From Clostridiales bacterium (GTDB lineage: Bacteria; Bacillota; Clostridia; Christensenellales; CAG-314), in contig JAFLVM010000001.1 in assembly GCA_022508305.1 (NCBI GenBank), forward strand, positions 125,347 through 189,346: a DNA stretch of 64,000 nt. Direction: 5' to 3'. Each line of letters opens with the position of its first letter. Within the stretch, counting starts at the first letter, position 1. The translations under genes and the position numbers were made by a program. The notes under the pieces were generated by a model. That model searched no databases. It was given only the letters and a program-made list of their open reading frames with translations, and was not told the DNA's origin. Shown here piece after piece: positions 56,424-64,000 of this stretch.

Positions 56424-57440
56424 ATGGACAAAATAGCAGAAATCAAATCGGCTTTTGACAGCGAGATTAGTCTTTGCGAAACTTTGCAGGAATTACAAGA
56501 GTTAAAGGTCAAATATTTGGGCAAGTCGGGCGAATTGACCGTTTTGCTCAAGAGCATAAAGGACCTTCCGGCAGAAGAGCGTCCAACTTTTGGCGCAAAA
56601 GTCAACGTTTTGCGCGGCGAATTGGAAAGTGAATTTTCAAAACGTTCCGAGCAGCTCAAGCAAATGGAAATGCAACGTCGCTTGCAGGAAGAACGAGTAG
56701 ACATAAGTCTGACTTCGTCGCAGCCTCTTGGAGCGCTTCACCCCGTTACGCTAATTGAAAACCAAATAAGCGAACTGTTGGTTGCAATGGGCTTTGAAGT
56801 GCTGTCAGGACCGGAAATTGAGACGGATTACTACAACTTTCAAGCGCTAAACATTCCAAGCGACCATCCCGCGCGCGATATGCAGGACACGTTCTACGTT
56901 ACCGATAGCATTTTGCTTCGTACACACACGTCGCCTATGCAAGCGCGCCACATGGAAAAGAAAAAACCACCCATCAAGATGATTTGCGTTGGCAAGGTGT
57001 TCCGCTCGGACAGCGACGCTTCGCACTCACCCGTATTTCATCAAATTGAAGGGCTTGTAGTGGACAAAAATATCACTTTGTGCGATTTGAAGGGTACGTT
57101 AGAATACATTGCGTCTAACCTGTTTGGAAAGGACACCAAGGTGCGTTTCCGTCCGTCCTTCTTCCCCTTTACGGAGCCAAGTGTTGAGGTTGACCTTTCG
57201 TGCAGCAACTGTGGCGGCAAAGGATGTTCGCTATGCAAGGGCACGGGTTGGATTGAAGTGCTTGGCGCAGGTATGGTCAACCCGTTCGTGTTGGAAAACT
57301 GCGGTATTGACAGCAAAAAGTACAACGGTTACGCTTTCGGTATAGGCGTAGAGCGTATCGCTATGATAAAGTACGGCATACCAGACATACGTCTTTTCTA
57401 CGAAAACGACCAACGCTTTTTGAAACAATTCGGTAAATAG
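56424..57440 (+). CDS. pheS: phenylalanine--tRNA ligase alpha subunit
   Basis: HPARDMQDTFY, FRSDSD and GFGIGVERI class II motifs. Confidence 0.97.
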   Translation: MDKIAEIKSAFDSEISLCETLQELQELKVKYLGKSGELTVLLKSIKDLPAEERPTFGAKVNVLRGELESEFSKRSEQLKQMEMQRRLQEERVDISLTSSQPLGALHPVTLIENQISELLVAMGFEVLSGPEIETDYYNFQALNIPSDHPARDMQDTFYVTDSILLRTHTSPMQARHMEKKKPPIKMICVGKVFRSDSDASHSPVFHQIEGLVVDKNITLCDLKGTLEYIASNLFGKDTKVRFRPSFFPFTEPSVEVDLSCSNCGGKGCSLCKGTGWIEVLGAGMVNPFVLENCGIDSKKYNGYAFGIGVERIAMIKYGIPDIRLFYENDQRFLKQFGK

Positions 57441-57452
57441 GAGCAAAATTAT

Positions 57453-59837
57453 ATGAAAATACCTCTTTCTTGGATTAGAGATTACGTTGACGTAAATGTT
57501 GACGTGCAAACTCTCTGTAACAAAATGGTGGACGTCGGCTTAGAAATAGAAGAAGTTGTCTACCTTGGTGAAAATGTTACCAACGTCAAGGTTTGCCAAA
57601 TTGTTGACATACAGCAACACCCCAACGCAGAAAGATTGCTTTGCTGCAAGGTGGACGTTGGCGGCGAAATAATACCCATTGTAACTAACGACCATCACGT
57701 AAAGGTGGGAGACAAAGTTCCCGTAGCATTGCACAACGCTAATCTTGCAAACGGACTGCACATTACAAAGGGCAAGATGCGCGGCGAGGAGTCGTGGGGA
57801 ATGTTCTGCGGATCGGAAGAACTCGGCATCAACGGCGACATGTACCCAAACGCAGATTCAGACGGCGTACTCGTTTTGTTGGAAACAGCCGTTGTAGGCG
57901 CAGATATTCGCTCGGAAGTTGGAATTGACGACTACGTTTTGGACGTAGGTGTTACAGCTAACCGTCAAGATTGCAACAGTGTGCTCGGTCTTGCGCGTGA
58001 AGTTGCCGTTGCGCTTGGCAAAACATGCCGTGAGCCAGACCTGTCATACGCAGAGGGTGAAGTTGAAACGGCAAGTCTTGTTAGCGTAGACGTCCAAGCA
58101 ACGGATATTTGTAAGGGCTACTATATGCAAGGCGTCACCGACGTAAAGATAGAAAAATCACCTTTGTGGCTTACGCAACGCCTTGCAAAGGTAGGACTGC
58201 GCGGCATAAACAACTTGGTAGACATTACAAACTACGTACTGTACGAAATCGGACAGCCCATGCATGCGTTCGACTACGCAGACATCAACGACAAGCAAAT
58301 AGTAGTGCGTAGAGCGAATGACGGCGAGAAAATAATTCCGCTTGACGGCAAAGAGTACACGCTAAACAATGACGACTTGGTAATTGCAGACAAATCCCGC
58401 GCAGTTGGTCTTGCAGGTATTATGGGCGGAGCAAATTCCGGCATAAAAGAGGAAACAAGCTGTGTGTTGTTTGAGTCCGCAACCTTTGCGCGCAAGAACG
58501 TACGTCGCACAGGACGGCGCTTAGGTCTGCGTTCCGATTCTTCGGCGCGTTTTGAAAAGGGCATTGAAACCTACACCAACAACGTAGGTTTGTCCCGCGC
58601 GCTTCATCTTGTTGAGCAACTCGGCTGTGGCAAAGTTACGCGCGGACGTATTAGTATAGGCGAGGTGGCAGGCAACAGAACGATTACTTTCGACAAGAGA
58701 CGTATTAAAAGCCTACTGGGTATTTCTATACCTGATGAGCGTATCGTTTCTATTTTGAACTCACTGAATATTAACACTACGGTACAGCAAAAAAACATTG
58801 TCACCTGCGTTGTTCCACCGTATCGCGACGATATTACGCGCGACTGCGACATTGTAGAAGAACTCATACGCGTGTACGGCTACGACAATATCAAGGGTAC
58901 GCTGATGGAAAAATCCCGTATAACCTGCGGCGGAAAGACTACTGAAGACAAGCTCATTGACGGAGTAAAGAACGTTTTGAACGGACTAAGGTACAATGAA
59001 TGCATTTTCTATCCGTTCGCAGGAAAGGCGCTCTACGAAAAGGCAAGCACGCGACCTGTTGACGATAGCCTGTATATCAAGGTGAAAAATCCTATTGGCG
59101 AAGAGCTGTCGTTGATGAACAGGAGTCTTGCGCCCAACATGCTGCAATGCGTAGCGCTCAATTTGTCACGCAGCAACAAAAATCTTAGGTTGTTCGAGGT
59201 TGGCAAAGCTTATCTTGCCGACAATCTTCCCCTTGAGACGTTGCCGATTGAGCAAAAACGTTTGTCCGTTTGCGCAACAGAAGTTACCTTCGAAGAATTC
59301 CGAAACGACCTACTGCAGGTTTTGAGGAGCGTAGCTATTGGCAAAGTAAAACTTGTGCGCCCCGATTCGGACGTCTTGCATCCGGGAATTTCCGCTGACG
59401 TGTTTGTAGAAGGAGTGGACGTCGGTCACTTCGGCAAATTGCATCCGCAGGTCGCTGCAAACTTTGAAATTGAGGCGGATTGCTACTACGCAGAACTGTA
59501 CCTTGACAAACTCTTTGAGCTTGCGCGCGGCGAAATCAAATACCAACCCTTTGCCAAATTCCCATCAGTGAGTCGTGACTTTGCATTTTTGTGTGAAGAA
59601 GAAGTTGCGGCGCAGGATGTGTTGGATGAATTTCTGTCCTTGCCACTGGTTGAAAGCGCAGAGTTATTCGACGTATACCGTGACGACAAACTTGGAACAG
59701 GCAAAAAAAGCCTTGCAGTCAACGTAGTATTCAGAGACAGAAACAAGACGCTGCAAGATGCTGACATAGAAAAACAAGCAGGTAAAGCGTTACGCAATCT
59801 GAAAGAAAAGTACAACGTTTCATTGCGCGAGCAATAG
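57453..59837 (+). CDS. pheT: phenylalanine--tRNA ligase beta subunit
   Basis: MKIPLSWIRDYV N-terminus, B3/4, B5 and FDX-ACB regions, and size. Confidence 0.97.
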   Translation: MKIPLSWIRDYVDVNVDVQTLCNKMVDVGLEIEEVVYLGENVTNVKVCQIVDIQQHPNAERLLCCKVDVGGEIIPIVTNDHHVKVGDKVPVALHNANLANGLHITKGKMRGEESWGMFCGSEELGINGDMYPNADSDGVLVLLETAVVGADIRSEVGIDDYVLDVGVTANRQDCNSVLGLAREVAVALGKTCREPDLSYAEGEVETASLVSVDVQATDICKGYYMQGVTDVKIEKSPLWLTQRLAKVGLRGINNLVDITNYVLYEIGQPMHAFDYADINDKQIVVRRANDGEKIIPLDGKEYTLNNDDLVIADKSRAVGLAGIMGGANSGIKEETSCVLFESATFARKNVRRTGRRLGLRSDSSARFEKGIETYTNNVGLSRALHLVEQLGCGKVTRGRISIGEVAGNRTITFDKRRIKSLLGISIPDERIVSILNSLNINTTVQQKNIVTCVVPPYRDDITRDCDIVEELIRVYGYDNIKGTLMEKSRITCGGKTTEDKLIDGVKNVLNGLRYNECIFYPFAGKALYEKASTRPVDDSLYIKVKNPIGEELSLMNRSLAPNMLQCVALNLSRSNKNLRLFEVGKAYLADNLPLETLPIEQKRLSVCATEVTFEEFRNDLLQVLRSVAIGKVKLVRPDSDVLHPGISADVFVEGVDVGHFGKLHPQVAANFEIEADCYYAELYLDKLFELARGEIKYQPFAKFPSVSRDFAFLCEEEVAAQDVLDEFLSLPLVESAELFDVYRDDKLGTGKKSLAVNVVFRDRNKTLQDADIEKQAGKALRNLKEKYNVSLREQ

Positions 59838-59913
59838 GGTAAAATATAAAAAATTCCCACCCCATGTCGCAAAACTGACATTATTATAACATGCGATTTT
59901 ACTGTGTAAACTT

Positions 59914-62172
59914 ATGAGTGACAACAAGAGAAAAGCGGAAATACTTGCTCCTGCGGGTAGCGTAGAACAGTTGATTGCAGCCGTCAACAACGGCTGTGAT
60001 TCCGTGTATCTCGGCTTAGACAGTTTCAACGCTCGCATGAAAGCTCCCAACTTCAACACTGACAATATCAGTCAGTGGATTGACTACTGTCACAGCTTCG
60101 GAGTAAAGGTGTACGTTGCCATAAACACCTCACTGAAAAACACCGAATTTGCCGGCGCCGTGGAGTTATTGAAGGTCGTATACCTCGCCAACGCAGACGG
60201 TGTAATCGTCACTGACCTTGCGCTAATGCAAATTGCAGGACGTTTTCCAAAACCTTTTGATGTAGTTGCAAGCACGCAGCTAAACGTTCACGACGGTTTC
60301 GGGGCGAGATTTGCTAAGGAATGCGGCGCGACTACTGTGGTTTGCGCAAGAGAAAGCAGTCTTGAAGAAATACGCGACGTAGCGTCAACGGGAGTAAACG
60401 TGGAATGCTTTGTTCACGGCGCAACCTGCGTATGCCAATCGGGACAATGCTTGTTTTCGGCAATGGTGGGCGGCAACAGCGGAAACCGAGGACTGTGCGC
60501 GCAGCCGTGCAGAAAATTATATTCTGCAGACAGCGGCGCAAACTGGGGATATCTGCTGTCGGCGCGTGATCTTTGCGGATTAGACGTCGCAAAACAGTTG
60601 CAAGCAAGCGGAGTCAGTACCTACAAGATAGAGGGCAGAAACCGCCGTGCAGAATATGCAGGAGCAACCTCGAAAGTGTATCGAAGTCTGTTTGACAACA
60701 ACTTTGTTTACAGTCAACAGGACGTTGACGACCTTGCAGAAATGTACAACAGAGAAATGTCTGCGCTTAACTATTTACAGGGTGAAAATTCAAAAATCAT
60801 TACCCCATATGCGCAAAATCACGTTGGCGTACGCGTTGGCGCGGTTTGCAAAAACGGGTTCATCGCGGAAAAAGAGATAACCAAAGGCGACGGGCTAAAG
60901 GTATTCGATAACAAACGAGAAGTATGCGGCGGCGTGGCTGTAGGCAGTGGCTTGGGCTTTGTTCCTGCGGAATTTAGCGGTAAAATTCAAGAGGGAATGG
61001 AAGTTCGTCGTACAACGTCGGTGAAACTGTGCGAAGAAATCAACAAAAGCCAACGAAAGCTGCCTGTTTCCGTTCAATTTTTCGCCAAACCAAATGAAAA
61101 TCCCTGTATCATTGCCATTTGCAACGGTATTTCTGCGCAATATACGGCAGATTTTGTGATTCAAAAGGCGCAAAATAGGGCAACGTCAGAATCTGAAATT
61201 GCTGAACAGCTCAACAAAACGGGCAATTCTCACTATACTATCACAGACATAGCATCTAACGCCACGGACGTTTTCCTGTCGAAGTCGCAGTTGAACACGT
61301 TGCGTCGCGAAGTCTTGGCATTACTTGACATAGCAATTGTAGAGCATTACAACGGGCAATTTGCAAATAGACAACTTGCCGACCTGAACGGAATAATTAA
61401 AACAACTGTTCAAGCGGCAAACATAAATAACACGAAATCATATACAGTTGCCGTTATTTGCTACACGGTAGAGCATTTACAACAAGCAAAAGGCAAGTGT
61501 GAGTATTTGATATACAAGCCTGAAATTGTTGATGAAGCAAGCTTAGATGTCGCCAAGAGATTTGATGCATTTATTGATTTGCCCGCATTTTCCTGCAACA
61601 AGTACGTTTTTGACCTGCTTTCAAATACCAAAGTCGGGGTAGTGTGTCACAATCTCGGACACGTTGCCCTGGCTCGAGAACTTGATTTGCCCTACGTTGC
61701 AGGAACAGGTCTGAATATTTACAACGATTACATGGCAAGTCAATTTGCCGACGCTGTAACTTTCGTTTATTCTCAGGAATTGACACTAAACGAAATTAAG
61801 CATTTCAAAAATCAAAACGGACTAATATTTGTTGACGGTCAAATTACACTCATGAAGCTTGTTCACTGTCCGTACAAGGTTACTCGTAACTGCTCATGCG
61901 CAAACTGTATGGCGAAAGAACCGCTCTCGTACGTAGATGAAATGGGAAACAGGTTCAACATCACCCGACGCAAGGATAAACGGTGCACTTTCGAACTTAC
62001 AAACGGCAAAAAACTGTCCGTCGCTGCCAAATTGACATACGGAGGCAGATACTTGATTGATTTCGACAGCGCCGTGCTAAACCATTACAAAGCACTAAAT
62101 GACGGAGTGAACGACGGGTATACCGAAACGGCCCCGTACACGAAGGGCAGGCTATTCAATAAAGTAAATTAG
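59914..62172 (+). CDS. U32-family peptidase with a long C-terminal extension
   Basis: AEILAPAGS...GCDSVYLG and HGATCVCQSGQCLFS / ESGNRGLCAQPCR-like motifs. Confidence 0.85.
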   Translation: MSDNKRKAEILAPAGSVEQLIAAVNNGCDSVYLGLDSFNARMKAPNFNTDNISQWIDYCHSFGVKVYVAINTSLKNTEFAGAVELLKVVYLANADGVIVTDLALMQIAGRFPKPFDVVASTQLNVHDGFGARFAKECGATTVVCARESSLEEIRDVASTGVNVECFVHGATCVCQSGQCLFSAMVGGNSGNRGLCAQPCRKLYSADSGANWGYLLSARDLCGLDVAKQLQASGVSTYKIEGRNRRAEYAGATSKVYRSLFDNNFVYSQQDVDDLAEMYNREMSALNYLQGENSKIITPYAQNHVGVRVGAVCKNGFIAEKEITKGDGLKVFDNKREVCGGVAVGSGLGFVPAEFSGKIQEGMEVRRTTSVKLCEEINKSQRKLPVSVQFFAKPNENPCIIAICNGISAQYTADFVIQKAQNRATSESEIAEQLNKTGNSHYTITDIASNATDVFLSKSQLNTLRREVLALLDIAIVEHYNGQFANRQLADLNGIIKTTVQAANINNTKSYTVAVICYTVEHLQQAKGKCEYLIYKPEIVDEASLDVAKRFDAFIDLPAFSCNKYVFDLLSNTKVGVVCHNLGHVALARELDLPYVAGTGLNIYNDYMASQFADAVTFVYSQELTLNEIKHFKNQNGLIFVDGQITLMKLVHCPYKVTRNCSCANCMAKEPLSYVDEMGNRFNITRRKDKRCTFELTNGKKLSVAAKLTYGGRYLIDFDSAVLNHYKALNDGVNDGYTETAPYTKGRLFNKVN

Positions 62173-62190
62173 TAATTCGCAAATAAAACT

Positions 62191-64000
62191 ATGATAAATC
62201 AAAAAACATTAAGCAAACTCCAATATTACGATATTCTGAGCGAGGTTAGTAGTTTTTGTATAAGCAGTATGGCGCAACAAAAGCTACGCAGTCTCACGCC
62301 CGCAGACAGCTACGAGCAGGCGCAACAGCTCATTGAAGAAACAAAGCAGGCCTACAACCTGTTTCAGCACGAGACATCCTTCGATTTGTCGGTGGACGAC
62401 GTCACGGAAACGTGCGCGCAGGCTCGCGTTGGCTCATGTCTGTCTATGGGGCAGTTGCTGCAAATTATGCGCGTGTTGCGTACGTCACGACATCTTCAAA
62501 CAGCATTGTTTGTAGATTACGGTATAGACGTATCGCTTTTACAAGCAAAGGCGTACTTGCTATACAACGACAAACAGTTGGAAGAGGACATTGACTTTGC
62601 CATTTTGTCCGACGAGGAAATGAACGACAAGGCGTCGGACGAGTTGTACAGTATTCGCAAAAAAATCAAGGCAATCAACGCAGACATAAAGCAAAAGCTG
62701 CAAAGCTACACAAAAAACAGTGAAATGTCCAAGTATTTGCAAGATTCCATCGTTACCTTGCGCGGCGACAGGTACGTAATACCCGTCAAGCAAGAGTACA
62801 AGGGATACGTTAGCGGCATAGTGCATGACCAGTCATCAACGGGAGCGACACTTTTCATCGAACCGATGGCGATAGTTCAGCTCAACAATGCCCTTCGTGA
62901 AGCGACCCTCGAGGAAAAGGCAGAAATTCAGCGCATACTACAGGCGTTTACCGACAGAATATCGCCCGCAGCGAGCAAAATTGCCGTTGCCGTGGATACC
63001 GTCAGCGACATTGACGTCATTTTTAGCAAGGTCAAATACGCGTTGGACAACAAATGTACCTTGCCTTTACTTAACAACCGCGGCGTATTAGATATCAAAA
63101 AAGCGCGTCATCCGCTGTTGGACAAGCGCAGAGTGGTGCCAATATCGGTGCAGTTGGGCAACGACTACGACATAATCGTTATCACAGGCCCCAACACGGG
63201 CGGCAAGACGGTTACCCTCAAAACGATTGGACTAATGTGCGCCATGGCAATGAGCGGACTGTTTGTGCCATGTCAGGAAGAAAGCGTAGTGTCCTATTTC
63301 GACGACGTGCTGTGCGACATTGGCGACGAGCAAAGTATCGAACAAAATTTGTCTACCTTCTCGGGGCATATTACTAACCTAAGAGATATTCTCAATACGT
63401 GCGGTGTTGGCAATCTGGTATTGATTGACGAAGTGGGCGCAGGAACTGAACCCAACGAAGGCGCGGCATTGGCGCTTGCAATAACCGACTTTTTGCGCAA
63501 AAGCGGGGCTAAGGGAGTCATTACTACTCACTACGGCAGACTCAAAGAATATTCTTTGACGACGCCACGGGTGGAAAACGCCTCTATGGAATTCGATTTG
63601 CAAACACTTGCGCCTACTTATCGACTGATAATGGGTGTTCCGGGTAGTTCTAACGCCATTGCCATTGCATCAAAGCTTGGACTGCGACAGGACGTTATAG
63701 ATTTTGCCCGCGGGAACGTCTCTGATGAGAAACTGGCGTTTGAACGCGTTTTACAAAATGCAGACGAAATTCGCCGTGATTACGAAAACAAGCTCGAACA
63801 GTTGAGTGAGGAATACAAACTCCTACAAGCAGAAAAGGCGCGCGCAGAAAAACTGAACGGTAGCCTGCAAAATGAGAGGAACAAACTACTTGAAAGCTCT
63901 CGCGAAGAAGCAAAGAAAATAGTTTCGAAAGCCAAGGAACAGGCAAGCGAGCTTGTGTCTGAGATAAAAGAAATACTTTCTCGCGAGGTCATTTCCGACA
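62191..64000 (+). CDS. mutS2: endonuclease MutS2 (N-terminal about 600 aa; continues beyond the window)
   Basis: Hand translation from ATG 62191 stays open to the window end. Contains ITGPNTGGKTVTLKT Walker A and LIDEVGAGTEP. It is not in the ORF track because there is no stop. Confidence 0.93.
   Translation, partial: MINQKTLSKLQYYDILSEVSSFCISSMAQQKLRSLTPADSYEQAQQLIEETKQAYNLFQHETSFDLSVDDVTETCAQARVGSCLSMGQLLQIMRVLRTSRHLQTALFVDYGIDVSLLQAKAYLLYNDKQLEEDIDFAILSDEEMNDKASDELYSIRKKIKAINADIKQKLQSYTKNSEMSKYLQDSIVTLRGDRYVIPVKQEYKGYVSGIVHDQSSTGATLFIEPMAIVQLNNALREATLEEKAEIQRILQAFTDRISPAASKIAVAVDTVSDIDVIFSKVKYALDNKCTLPLLNNRGVLDIKKARHPLLDKRRVVPISVQLGNDYDIIVITGPNTGGKTVTLKTIGLMCAMAMSGLFVPCQEESVVSYFDDVLCDIGDEQSIEQNLSTFSGHITNLRDILNTCGVGNLVLIDEVGAGTEPNEGAALALAITDFLRKSGAKGVITTHYGRLKEYSLTTPRVENASMEFDLQTLAPTYRLIMGVPGSSNAIAIASKLGLRQDVIDFARGNVSDEKLAFERVLQNADEIRRDYENKLEQLSEEYKLLQAEKARAEKLNGSLQNERNKLLESSREEAKKIVSKAKEQASELVSEIKEILSREVISD

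Noticed and set aside
1-64000. Scan for CRISPR arrays, rRNA or tRNA genes, IS elements and long tandem repeats.
   Set aside because: I noticed none by eye in the intergenic regions. tRNAscan, Infernal and a CRISPR finder should be run to confirm.

Overview
This looks like a chromosomal core segment of an endospore-forming Firmicute with Clostridia/Bacillus-type gene order; flanking genes are about 50% GC by hand count. I call about 70 protein genes, and all but one are on the + strand. The conserved blocks run as follows. (1) trx, an Rrf2 regulator with nifS-iscU, and ruvX. (2) rpsB-tsf-pyrH-frr-uppS-cdsA-dxr-rseP-ispG. (3) A truncated PolC-like gene where polC normally sits. (4) rimP-nusA-ylxR-ylxQ-infB-rbfA-nrnA-truB-ribF. 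(5) pepP-efp and spoIIIAA-AH. (6) asp23-nusB-folD-xseAB-ispA, a roughly 0.6-kb structured non-coding RNA that I call OLE RNA, then oapA-dxs-argR-recN-spoIVB. (7) A SpoIIM-like gene, deoB, hup, a DD-carboxypeptidase and an M50 protease. (8) scpAB, spoVAC/AD/AE, yunB, a Phe T-box with pheST, a U32 peptidase, and the 5-prime part of mutS2. The one clearly foreign segment is a roughly 4.4-kb, very AT-rich insertion (about 42651-47037) directly after spoIVB. It is bracketed by a duplicated copy of the spoIVB 3-prime coding tail and has no integrase. It carries three genes: a small single-pass membrane protein, an approximately 820-aa STAND/NB-ARC-like NTPase with a winged-helix-like segment and TPR-like repeats (Walker motifs degenerate), and a convergent D-Ala-D-Ala-ligase-like ATP-grasp enzyme. 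Both transcription units start behind an identical 32-nt leader (palindrome plus SD) arranged as a perfect inverted repeat. I regard this as the candidate undescribed system; its function (defence, signalling or small-molecule ligation) cannot be decided from sequence alone. All family assignments are by-eye motif recognition and synteny. No database search or computation was run.
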